The notes beneath the pieces are model-generated. The model searched no databases. It was not told the origin of the DNA and saw only the letters and a list, made by a program, of their open reading frames with translations. A stretch of 64,000 nt of DNA from Octopus vulgaris (Eukaryota): assembly GCA_951406725.2 (NCBI GenBank), contig OX597826.1, positions 40,548,001 to 40,612,000 of the forward strand, in the 5' to 3' direction. Position 1 is the stretch's first letter. Each line of letters opens with the position of its first letter. Positions 13,935-26,270 of the stretch are shown piece after piece. Both the position numbers and the translations under genes were made by a program.

Positions 13935-14122
13935 GAAAGAGCCTCTACCTGGTCGCTCGACACGCTAAAAATAGCAACCAAAGTATCCCCCTACCTAAAT
14001 CACACACCCATTGTATGTAATGTCCTAGATTATCTCTAAAAAGACGGTTTGCTGAAGGCTGGAATGTCTTTGACGATCCGTTTGCAGTATCAGGGTTGAT
14101 TTGAGGCTAAATAACAACAACA
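13935..14122 (+). mobile_element. Old dispersed SINE-like repeat, family D
   Basis: aaatagcaaccaaa...aaatcacac...ggctggaatg...ggctaaataacaacaac motif shared with 51060-51990 and 58300-58460. Confidence 0.55.
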
Positions 14123-15159
14123 TAATGGTAAAATTCTATATTAACACACGCACGATTTTCACTAAGAAAGAAAAAACAAAAAATTTGATTTGATTTTTGG
14201 TGTGGAATCAAGTACCCTGACCTCTTAATATGCTGCAAATCCCTTATTTTGCTTCGGAAAAAATTCTCTTTTTTTTCGTTGAATGAATACCTGTGACCTA
14301 ATATTGCAAAATTAGATTACTTAAGGCGAGCCTGGTAACTGATGGTTTTGGGGTCTTGTTTGTAACTTTTGGTGAGCCATGGTGCAACCAACTACATTGT
14401 AAAACTCCCTGCCATTAATTTGGTGTGGATGGGTAATATCAAATAATTCAATCACAACATATATTTAAATTAAACATGGAAAAAAATTGAAATATTATTA
14501 TCACTTACATGGTAAAATTGAAATATTATTTTTCAGTATTTCATAAGGTAAAATCTTAAATTATTAATTGACACATTATTAATTATCTTATAACAGCAAT
14601 GCCTGTAGAAATCATGGATTACATGGGAAAATGCGAGCGTGAAAAGTAATATTCTTAAGATTATAAACCTGGAAAAGTACAGGACAAGTTATTACACCTG
14701 TAAAAGTATAGGACAAGATATTATTTCTAGTAAAGTAAAGAATAAGAAACGTTTTACTTAAAATATTGCAGCTAATTGAATATTAAAACTTAATTTATTA
14801 TAGTTTACAAATAACACTATACTTATTTAAGTAGAATTTGGCTAATTTACTACCTTAAATACAGAAAAAAGTGACTAATTAGACAAACTTACAAATTATC
14901 TGAACAGTTTTGCACAATAAATTTAAAAGATGAGAACTGTAAAGCATGATAAATTAGAAGAACTGGCATTCTATGCTGCGACATTTGAAGTAAAAAGTGT
15001 AATAACTTGTCTTGTACTTTTCCAGGTTTATAATCTTAAGAATATTACTTTTCATGCTCGCATTTTTCCATGTAATATACATGCATGTATATGTGTATAT
15101 GTGTGTGTGTATACATATACCTATATATATACATGTTTATATATATATATATATATATA

Positions 15160-15583
15160 TTACTGTTTTACTGTTTTTTTACTGTTTTACTTGTTTCAGT
15201 CATTTGACTGCGGCCATGCTGGAGCACCGCCTTTAATCGAGCAACTCGACCCCGGAACTTATTCTATTGTAAGCCCAGTACTTATTCTATCGGTCTCTTT
15301 TGCCGAACCGCTAAATAACGGGGACACAAACACACCAGCATCGGTTGTCAAGCAATGCTATGGGGACAAACACAGACACACAAACACACACACGCATACA
15401 TATATATATATATACATATATACGACGGGCTTCTTTCAGTTTCCGTCTACCAAATCCACTCACAAGGCTTTGGTCGGCCCGAGGCTATAGTAGAAGACAC
15501 TTGCCCAAGGTGCCACGCAGTGGGACTGAACCCGGAACCATGTGGTTTGTAGACAGGCTACTTACCACACAGCCACTCCTGCG

Positions 15584-15586
<3 letters not shown>
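15160..15586 (-). mobile_element. CORE-like tRNA SINE, family C, full length
   Basis: Same head (aggcgcaggagtggctgtgtggtaag on minus strand), core and tail as 8060-8454. Confidence 0.92.
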
Positions 15587-15622
<36 letters not shown>

Positions 15623-15660
15623 TTATATACATGTATATATGTATGTAGATATATATTTAC

Positions 15661-15706
<46 letters not shown>

Positions 15707-15712
15707 ATATGC

Positions 15713-15757
<45 letters not shown>

Positions 15758-15899
15758 TGTGTCTGTGTGTGCTTGAGTGTATATGCGTGCGTGAATCTAT
15801 GTACCTACCTAACTGGCTACTTATCTATTTATTTATGTGTTTACATATGTTTCTATCTATGTACATTCCTACTTTGCCTATCCACTCGAATGTGCCTAT

Positions 15900-17010
15900 G
15901 TATATACTCTGCATGGACGGTATCAGGGGTATTGAGGTATCTCTACTTCCCATTTGTATTTCCTATTCAGTATGGGTAATGTTTTACTTGTGAGGACATA
16001 CTCTCGTATGTGTCTCAGTGACAGGTCCTTTGGGTGTTTGGACAAAATGTGGATGTCAATTCGGCCCAGTGTGCCACTATATTGATCATTGACATGTTGA
16101 TAGAGTGTGGATGACTGTTTCTTGTCCTTATATACTCCCCCGTGTTTCATTTAGTCTCTCCGCTAAATTCCTAGAGATCCCTTCAATGTACACTATGTTT
16201 CTGCCTCACAAACTGCTTCCATACACCATATATTGTAGACTACAGTTAATACTATGATTACAGTTACATTCCACACTGTTCTTCACAGTGCATTTGGTAT
16301 TGTCGAAGGGGTACGTACTTCATAATCGTAATATGCTGGAGCTCCCTGGTTTCTCAACGATCTTAATGTTGAGTTTGGTGTCCTTCAGTGCCTTCTTAAA
16401 CCTGAGGGTTAATTCCTCATGACGTGTGGCCTCTACAAACATCACTCCTTGATATCCATCAGCCTTGTACAACGTGTTCACTCTCTTTGCGTTGTCGCAA
16501 ATCCTCTGTATACTGTTCCAGTAGTTACTTCGGTATCTAGGGCGGGTGCTGCTGGAATTTTCACATACGTCGTTATCTTATTTCTTTCTGGCGCCCCTGT
16601 ATATTCGAATCCTATCTATCTGGTCATATCCAGAGAATTGTATCCGGTGCATGAAGTTCTGTGCATGTCTCCTTGGTTCATAGAATTCGCACAGAGGAAT
16701 ACATTATTCATTATCCTAATTAAGTTTGCTATTAGTATGCTAATTTTCATATTGTGTGACAAAATTGAGATCTTATAAATAATGTAGTTGAAAGCTAAGG
16801 TTTTCATGCAGCAAGATTGGAGGAGCTGCACTCTGGTGTTTATGGTCTCTAACCAAAGTTTAGTGTCAAGGAGTGAGAGTCCATTGTTAGGGTGTACAAT
16901 AGGGAAATGTATAGTTACCTTGATACTTTGGTGGATGGAGTTAGCAAAATGTTGGATGCTTTCCATCGAACTCCTCTCGGCCTCCTTGGTACTGTCACAG
17001 GGTTTGTCCT
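15900..17010 (-). mobile_element. Degraded Penelope-like element (RT thumb + GIY-YIG)
   Basis: ANSIHQSIKVT...LSLLDTKLW...LIANLIRIMNN (RT C-terminal part), then VYIEGISRNLAERLNE (GIY-YIG-like); many stops and frameshifts. Confidence 0.75.
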
Positions 17011-17156
17011 AACCAGAATATTAAAATCGTCTACTTACCAACATAGTTGAATAGATATTTAACCAGTTGTCTAAAAATAAAGGACTGAAATTGAACCAGT
17101 GCGTGTGCTATTAATTTTGGCGCAATGACTCTCTCTAAACACAACAAAATATTTAG

Positions 17157-17669
<513 letters not shown>

Positions 17670-17799
17670 TACAAAATATATATATAAGAATATACAAATG
17701 TGTATGAGTATGAAAATGATTTTTATTGTTATATGTATTGATGGATACAGTTTGTGCAAAACAGACTTTTATCATTCTACAAAGAAGAACACTTCCCAT

Positions 17800-19190
17800 A
17801 TTTCAGTCATATTAATCATATATTAGTTATCCATGTCATTCTCTTTTAATATCTTTTTCAACATATTTTTTTTTAAATTTCACCATTACGTTTGTTCTGT
17901 TGTAAGACATAATTTTTCAGTCTAGTCAATATTTACATGTCATTACATTCGATAAACAAAACGACTGTCCCAGAAGGATATTTCTCCGACATCTACGAAA
18001 GGCTACATGAATAAGTGCTATGAACTGTCTGTATTAGTTTCGTAAAACAATAAATTGTGTCTTGCTTCAGTAGTCTAGTGAAGTGTTAACTTTTAGAGTA
18101 AAGTGGCCATACATAATTTTACATTAATTTCTGTACCTGAAATTTTTTTTTCCATTTGCTCTCTTCCTTGAGTTCTTATCATATTTGTCTGTTTTGAAAA
18201 CTCACATCAACTTACGCAAGTGTGGTGAAAGATGGTAGCAATAGTAGCGTTCACAATGTTCTGATCAATTTTAAATTGAAAATCATAGCGGAAAATTTTC
18301 CTGAAATTCCAAAAGAACCAACCATTTTTTCTCACACGGAATTTCTAATATACAGTCCGCACCGCACACTGCTTATTTATCACACCAGAAACAATCGTTG
18401 TGTTTTGTCGATCAATTTTTTCGGAGATATTTATATTTATGACAGTTTGAACTTATCAGTACCACAGGAACTAACAGCACAAATAACAATGTTACTCACC
18501 ACAAACAATCATAATTCCTACAGTTCAACAACAAGCTGGATGGCTTTCTACTCTCTGTCGCAAAACGATCAAGTTCCTATATTCGGGATAGCTTTGATTG
18601 TGTGTCTAAAATCAACTTTTTTAAATTTTAAGCACCGAAGCCAAATCGAAAACTGATTTTTGATAACTATGGATGTTTCTTCTTTATATCCCAATATTGA
18701 CCACAATGAAGGGATAGAAGCATACATGAATGCCTTCGAAAAACAGTCAAATAAAGTATCCCATCTATTTTTTTTTCTGTAGGCTGCTGGGATTTGTGCT
18801 ACAAAGTAATACAATGAAGTTTGGACAAATATTTTACTACCAGACGTGGGGTTGCACCATGCGTACTCCCATGGCAGCTAATTTCGCTAATGTCTTCATG
18901 ACGAAATTCAAGACACAGTTACTGAAAACATTCAAATCCCTACACGGTCATGAACCAATACTCTGATTACGGTTCATTGATGACGTCTTTTTTTGTCTGG
19001 GAAGGATCACAGGATAGTTTAATTGACTTCTTGCATTTCTGTGACTGTTAGGCTAAAAAAAATATGGCTTTAAGTGCAACAGCGTTGAATTTTTGGACAC
19101 AAAAGTTAAATTTTCTGGTGGCAGAATAGTGACAGAGCTATTTTGCAAGCCCACGTCAACCCACATTTACCTCCACCGCCGCTCCGATAC
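17800..19190 (+). mobile_element. Degraded Penelope-like element: Ulp1-like segment joined to RT
   Basis: RT motifs SYIRDS, LITMDVSSLYPNID, YYQTWGCTMRTPMAANFANVFM, LRFIDDVF, FLDTKV, ELFCKPTSTHIYLH; upstream HTRNNRCVLS...IYIYDSL...VQQQAG. Confidence 0.8.
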
Positions 19191-20329
19191 TGCCAGGGCC
19201 ACGAACGTGGCGGACAATAAAGGGCCGAGAGCAAACAATACATGGATAACAAGCGATACAGCAGTATACATACGAAAGTGAATAAATGTAATTTAAGACA
19301 ACGGGCGAAGAGCAAAGACGAAATAAATAAGAAACGATATAAATACAGCCTTCGGGCCAAAAGAACATGAGTGGTAGGTAACGCTTACAGGGCAATCCTT
19401 AAGCATCAGAAAAACGACAAAAAACAAAAAAGTGTACCAAAGTGGCAGAAACGGAGTACTCCGAAGGAATCTAAAGGTAACTTCATCCAAGAGTAGAGTA
19501 AGAAAATCTATAAATGAGGTCCAAATCAGTCGGAAGGACGTAGAAGGACCGCATGAGCGTGGAGTAAATAGTCAATTCAAATACTGAATTGATTATATAC
19601 ATATGTATGTATATATGTATAAATGTATCTATATATCCATGTATGTATGTATATATGTATGTATGTATGTATGCATGCATGTAAGCATTTCTATGTATGC
19701 AAGCATGTATGTACGTATGTATATATGCATGCAAGTATGTATATATGTATACATGTATGTATATCTATGTACCTATGTATGCAACTACGTATGTATGCTA
19801 CCGTTCCGGATCAGAACTGACCCCGAAGTAATGGTATTTAACCCATCAATGAATTAAAGAGATTTCCCAAAAGTAGAGGACGGTCCCATTATTTTTGACA
19901 AAAAGCATGAGGAAGGCAACTCTTCTGACATAAAACCTGTAACACCAGTCACTGGAACCTACTATGGCAACCGAGAGACTAGCAACTGTGTTGTATAGGC
20001 TTTTGTCACTTAATCCAATAATGTCCAGACGTCTCACTAACATTTCATTTCTTGATCCGTTTTATATTCTATAAAATCTTCTGGCAATGGATATCCACGC
20101 GCATGCTAGAGTTTAAGTAAATCAAAACAAAATGAAAGAACGAAAAGAGACAATCATCATGTGTGTGTGTATGTATGTATGTATGTATGTATGTATGTAT
20201 GTATGTATGTATGTATGTATGTATGTATGTATTTATGTATGTATGTATGTGCATATATACATAAGTGTGTGTGTGTGTATGTATATTCATTTTGCTCTCT
20301 TATATATAAGTACACATTTTTCAAAATCT

Positions 20330-21146
20330 TGTACGACTCTTTTTCTATCAGCCCTTTCACGCTTATTCGTTCATTCCACACTTCGTTCTTTCGTTCCCCC
20401 TCTCTCACATTTCTTTGCCCTCTCTTCTTACTCACTTTGCCTCCACTTTTCAATTTACTGTGTCTCTGCCCCTCCATAATTCTTCTGTCCCTCTACTTCT
20501 ATCTCTTCTCTTCCCGCGTGACCGCCGGTCAACCTAGCCTTTCTTTCTTTCTTGGTCTGACCACCGTCCGTGCAACATCGATATTCTTCCCTGTGTTTGT
20601 GAAATCTTTGTATCTCTGCCGTAAGGCTTCATTTCCACACGCACCAGCTTAATTCAATTCGTCCTTAGACAAAAGACACCTGTTGTTATGTCCTGTTATT
20701 ATTTTTATTGTATTTATATTTGTGTAACTTTGTCCGTTTTTCCGTCCTTGTTTTTTAAACATTCGCTGCTTTCTTCCAAGGAATCTAATGATCTTAGCTT
20801 AGTTTCGCCTTGGTGTTGACCAGATTGGAGCAATCTCAAGAATATCAACCGAAATTGCGAGGATAATCAGGTGCTTGACTGAGGATATAGGGCTTGTTTT
20901 CTTTGTATCGTCTATCTGGATGTTTTGTTGTTCCTTTTTGTATCAGCTAGATGTCTGGATGTTTTGCGTTCTTGCCTCATTTTGTATCCTATCTAAATTA
21001 ACTATTACTTATCTATCCTCTCACACCGTCTCCGATGAAGGGATATAATTAATAAATATCCTGGAAACAGCTGTAAGACCTTCTATCTATAAATGTTCTA
21101 ATATCTACACAGCCTTCATTTTTTATCTCATTATGCAAAAATTCTT
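20330..21146 (+). mobile_element. Non-coding pyrimidine-rich element ending in a hammerhead (PLE pLTR/retrozyme-like)
   Basis: No ORF; hammerhead near 3' end; bounded by microsatellites; boundaries approximate. Confidence 0.5.
21028..21079 (+). ncRNA. Type I minimal hammerhead ribozyme
   Basis: Stem I gtct/agac; core CCGATGA; stem II gggatat/atatcct; GAAA; palindromic stem III cagctg; GTA cleavage triplet. Confidence 0.75.
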
Positions 21147-21153
21147 ATATATA

Positions 21154-21184
<31 letters not shown>

Positions 21185-21192
21185 ATTCTCAT

Positions 21193-21236
21193 TGAACGAG
21201 TATACATTTCTTGCATTTAAGCATTCATCAGGTTCA
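21193..21236 (-). ncRNA. Type I hammerhead ribozyme
   Basis: Minus strand: tgaac-CTGATGA-a-tgc-ttaaat-gca-a-GAAA-tgtatac-TC-gttca. Confidence 0.75.
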
Positions 21237-21282
21237 GATTGTGACAGGAACGCTAGACAGTCGAAGCGTTCCTGTCACAATC

Positions 21283-21325
21283 TGAACCTGATAAATGCTT
21301 AAATGCAAGAAAGTATACTAGTTCA
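21283..21325 (+). ncRNA. Type I hammerhead ribozyme, G8A-mutated copy
   Basis: tgaac-CTGATAA-a-tgc-ttaaat-gca-a-GAAA-gtatac-TA-gttca. Confidence 0.65.
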
Positions 21326-21412
21326 ATGAGAATAGATATTAATATTTAATTTTCAATATTTCATTTGCTCAATAAGACAATCAATACTTCATTTCATTTC
21401 TTTATTACTATA

Positions 21413-21717
21413 CTAGCAGAATCGCCCGGCATTGCTCGTGTTTGTAAGGGAAATAACTATATAAGCATTTTTAGAAAGTTACTTCCCTTATATAACCCGA
21501 GCAAAACTCATTAAAAATGCGGAAAAATGATGGTAAATTTTTTAAAATCGTAGACTCATCGTAGACGCGCGCTAATACCCAGAAGGGCTCGATATAAATG
21601 ACGACTATAAGATACCCGCTTTTGGTTAAACTGCACCGCAAAATGTGGGAGTAGTTAGGAATCTAAATCGGAGGAGACAGAGTCTCACACATACAACTTC
21701 AATTTTATATATAAAGA
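21413..21717 (-). mobile_element. Non-autonomous Helitron
   Basis: Minus strand starts TCtttatatataaaa and ends with a GC-rich hairpin remnant cgagcaatgccggg then CTAG; inserted between A and T; no TSD. Confidence 0.85.
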
Positions 21718-21827
21718 TATTATATATACTATACCCTATATTAATATTATAAGAATATAAATAAAACATAAAAAACAGACGGTTACAATACAGGTTGCGT
21801 TCTTCTATAGTTACAGTTATTCTTTCT

Positions 21828-22267
21828 AAGCCCAGTACTTATTCTATCAGTCTCTTGTCGAACCTCTAGATTACGGTGACGTAAACACACCAGCCCCGGT
21901 TGTCAAGCGGGCACAAACACAAACAAACATAAATACATACATTTATATATTTATATATATATGAGAGTATTGCAGTTCGCTTGAAGCATATGTATATATA
22001 TATATATATATATATATTAAGCAAAACTACCAAAAGTAAGTAAACACATTGTACCGTATTCGGTACAATATATTTATTTATTTTGGGTAGTTTTGACTTT
22101 AAGAGTCTCTCCTAGCGTGAAGCATTTATGTATAGTAATGCCCTTAATATAAATAAATATATTTAAGAGGAAAAAATTAGTGGATTTTTCCCTTATAAGG
22201 TTTTTTTCACGCTTACTACTTGATAAATTCTTATAAAGATTTTATCCTATTTTTCAATTATATATAT

Positions 22268-22337
<70 letters not shown>

Positions 22338-22473
22338 CGGGCTACTTTCAATTTCCACTCAATTTCTTTGGTTGGTCCAAGGTTATTGTAGAAGACACTT
22401 GCCCAAGGTGCCACGCGGTGGGAGTGAACCCGAAATTATTTTCTAAGGAAGCAAGCTTCTTATCACACAGCCA
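21828..22473 (-). mobile_element. Degenerate family C SINE split by an insertion in its internal (TA)n
   Basis: Tail half at about 21828-21925 and head half at about 22335-22473, separated by a hairpin (22022-22096) and a repeat (about 22113-22260) homologous to about 32727-32890. Confidence 0.7.
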
Positions 22474-22916
22474 CACACACACACACACACACACATACAC
22501 AAAGGTGTGTGTATGTGTGTGTGTATCAAATTAGTAAATCTACTTAGAGGGTATAGACAGATAGAGGGAGAGCGAGAGAGCGAGAGAGTGAGAGAGCGAG
22601 AGGAAGGAAGAGAGTGAGTGTGAGACAGACAAGGAGGGAGGGAGGGAGTGAGATGAAGATGGGTGAGAAAAGAGAGATTAAGTCTTTCCTGCCTCCCAGC
22701 ATGCTGTCATTTATTTAACATGTTCCTGCGCAATGATATTAGAATGATGAACACGGAAAACATATTTGAAATGAAATTGATGGCTTTTTAGACATACTTT
22801 CATATATATATATATACATACACATCTACACACACACACACGTGTATTTCTAGATATATGTATGTATGTATGAGTGTGTATGGAGGTGAGTGAGTGTAGG
22901 GGTGTATATATATATG

Positions 22917-22978
<62 letters not shown>

Positions 22979-23534
22979 CCTCTCGATTTTGGGAGGGTTT
23001 TTTTTTTTTGGTGTGAATTTAATATTTATTATCTTTCGTCTTGTTCCTTCGAGTTTGTTTTCTTTTCTGAACTATTTTCTTTTTATTTATTTTATTTATT
23101 TTATTCATTATCTATTTTATATCTAGTTTTTCTCTACTTTTCACATTTATCTCACATATACTAGATTTTTACACTGTGACCTTTGATGTTACATTTTTAT
23201 GATTGTGCTTTTTTATGTATATTATTTTTGTATATATATTATATTTTTATATATTATTTATGTATATATATATTTTTTATATATTATTTATGTATATATA
23301 TATTTTTTTTATATATTATTTATGCATTGTTTATTTTATATTTCAGCCACTCTGTTTTCTTTCAATTTACTGACACCAGACGACAGAAACATCATTAAAG
23401 AAATAGAGTTATACGAAAACACTGAATAAAGAATATATTTATACATATATAAATTCACATATACATACATAGACACGCATATATATGTGTGTGTGCGTGT
23501 GCGTGTATGTACGTATGAATATAAGTCAGTATAT

Positions 23535-23637
23535 GTATACATACATACATACATACATACATACATACATACATACATACATACATACATACATACATAC
23601 ATACATACATACATACATACATACATTCATACATATA
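23535..23637. repeat. (CATA)n microsatellite
   Basis: Direct reading. Confidence 0.95.
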
Positions 23638-24371
23638 CCTGCGGGTACGAAGTAAAAAGAGAGTGATGTGAAATGAATCAAAGTTAAGTTTCCTGGATTT
23701 TCTTAGTAATAAAATCTTACTGAGATTTCAGAATTTGCCAATATTGAGTCAAATTCCTGTGTTTAGTTTTTTGTTTTCTTTTCTGTTTATTTCTGTTTTG
23801 TTTACGTATGTGTGTGTATGTACGTGTGTGTGTGTGTGTGTGTGTGCGTGTGTGTGTGTATGTGTTTGTGTGTGCGTGTCTGTATTTATAGCCATTACGC
23901 ATCACTTTTATATCTCTCAAAATTGGAGCGAGATGGTTCAATAAATTATTTATTAATTCCTATCTGTTCAGTCGCTGGGCGATCAAATCTACAGCCAGTT
24001 TCTCTCCGTTGTTTTTCCATTGAACAGAGAATACACTAATGTAATAGTTTCCCATAATGCAGAAGATGTATATAGTGAACAGCTACGTACATAAAGTAGT
24101 GTTGCTTGTTGGGAGAGACGGCTTAATCAGACGATGTCGAGTGCTTATGACCTTTTGATGGTCACCAAGAAGTGATAGAAGAGCAATGAGGAAGTAATGT
24201 GAACCCATAGATGTTGTGGGAATAAGCAGTTCCTCCGAACATCGAGATATGTGAATTCAGATAAGAATCCTAAAACAAATGCTTTTAACTGAGTGATTCC
24301 TCTAAATAAAGGTAAAACTTGAATGGTTCAGTTTAACCAAATGTTGACAGAATACGTCAACAAGAACTTGC

Positions 24372-25232
24372 CACTTGTCTCGCAGAAGCAGCAAAAGCCT
24401 TCGGACTGACCATTAGCCTGCGAAAAGCTGAAGTGATGCTTCAGCTTGCACCTGGCCTGACAGCTCCTGAGCCTCAGATTGAGATTGAGGGCACAACTCT
24501 GAACAACGTGGAGAGTTTTACATACCTGGGAAGCTGCCTGTTCTCAAACTGCAGCATGGACAGACTTTGGACGCGTGTGTGGGCCGAACGAGGCTTCAGA
24601 CTTTCCACCAAGCTGGCAGTCTGTAGGGAAGTCGTCATCACCTCTCTGCTCTATGGCTGTGGGATGTGGACGCTGTATAGGAGGCAAATGTGAGTACTTG
24701 ACCAGTTCCACCTCCGCTGCTTGCAACGAATCATGGGAATTTCTTGGGAGGACAGAGTCCGCAACACTGAGGTGCTTCGCAGAGCCAAAGTGCCCAGGAT
24801 CGAAGCCCTCATCATGAAGGCCCAGCTCCGGTGAGTCGGACATGTAGTCCAAATGAACGACGCGCGTCTACCAAAGATAATCTTCTCTGAACTGGCTTCT
24901 GGAGCAAGAAACTCTAGAAGGCCAGTGAGGCGATACAAGGACAGCCTGAAAACTTCCCTTGATGCCTGCGGCATTTCAGCCCGTTGCTGGGAATCGCTTG
25001 CCTCTGACCGCGGTGCCTGGCGTCCAGCTGTCCAAAAGGGTGTTAGGCTGTTCGAGCAAAAGCGCCTCAAGAGCCTGGACCAGAAGGTACAAGCCCGAAA
25101 AGAGAAGATCCCCAACCCTACTTCTGCTGTTACGTGCCCATCATGCGGCCGCGTCTGTGTGTCTGCTTTTAGGTTCTGCTCCCACGACCGGCATCACTGA
25201 CGTAATTGTCGAACCCTGACAGACTTCCATTA
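24372..25232 (+). mobile_element. RTE-BovB-type LINE, 5'-truncated 3' fragment (pseudogenised)
   Basis: AAKAFGLTISLRK, VESFTYLGS, LLYGCGMWT, RLPKIIFSEL, DRGAWR and terminal CPSCGRVC...H zinc finger; stops and frameshifts. Confidence 0.92.
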
Positions 25233-25311
25233 TGTGTGTGTGTGTGTGTGTGTGGAAAAAGTCAAGGTTTACGCTTGTGGGTTTGAGAGCATTGTGAATT
25301 CTTGGCAGGGA

Positions 25312-25410
25312 AGAAGAAGGAGAAGAAGAAGAAGAGAAGAAGAAGAAGAAGAAGAAGAAGAAGAAGAAGAAGAAGAAGAAGAAGAAGAAGAAGAAGAAGA
25401 AGAAGAAGAA
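25312..25410. repeat. (GAA)n microsatellite
   Basis: Direct reading. Confidence 0.97.
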
Positions 25411-25759
25411 AATAATGTGCGAGTGCTATGATAGTAGCAGGATGTTAAATGGTCAAGTGCCCTGAAAGTGACTTGTTGTGGATGGTAGTAGTGATTGAAT
25501 TATTGAGATATCTCTTTTGAATGTATTGTTTATAATATTTGCGTAGGTGTTATTATAAACAGCAGTAGTAGTAAAGTAAGGAAGGTGGTGGCGGAGAGGA
25601 AGAAGAAGACGAAGAAGGAGACAGAAAAGTGGATCGTTGTGGATTATAGCAGTGACTGTTTTTAATGAATTCCTGGGTATCTCTTTTTAATGTATAATTT
25701 CTAATATTTGCGTGTATGTTTATTCTAATATCGTGGTGGATATGTCAGTTGTTGTGGAT

Positions 25760-26105
25760 GCGTTCAAAGGGAGTCTGTATTTTGAAATAAAGAGGGACTC
25801 TTTACTAATTTGTTGGCTACATGTATCGTCTCTGAATTGATAAAGGGGGAAAATTCTAAAGCTTGGATTTTTGTTATTGGCGCAAATGTCGATGTGTTGG
25901 CTGAATGCTATTTTTCTGTTTTTTGGATCTGTGCAGAGCCATCCTTTGACGTAGACTGTTTTTGTTTGGCCTATATATTGCTCTTGACACCCAGAGCAGG
26001 TTAGTGTGTATATCAGGTTCTCCGAAACACGTGAAACTGCTTTTCACTGTGAGAACACTGATCCCTCAATTAAATTGACACATATCCCACAGTCGGGTCT
26101 TCCCA
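25760..26105 (-). mobile_element. Penelope-like (Neptune-type) GIY-YIG endonuclease fragment
   Basis: Minus strand, across frameshifts: RPDCGIC...FTC.SENLIYTLTCSGCQEQYIGQTK...LRQRMALH...KESLFISKY...PLN. Confidence 0.8.
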
Positions 26106-26175
26106 TATATATATATATATATATACATATCAACTCGTGTGTTCCTTTTCAACACCTTCTACACACACACACACG

Positions 26176-26265
<90 letters not shown>

Positions 26266-26270
<5 letters not shown>

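Larger units (their letters stand above)
21184..21334. repeat. ~70-bp-arm near-perfect inverted repeat containing two divergent hammerheads
   Basis: Arms 21184-21254 and 21265-21334, 10-nt loop, few mismatches. Confidence 0.92.

Noticed and set aside
14470-14750. Short ~30-40-bp recurring units suggestive of a CRISPR or regulatory array
   Set aside because: Degenerate AT-rich minisatellite without unique spacers; eukaryotic context, no cas genes
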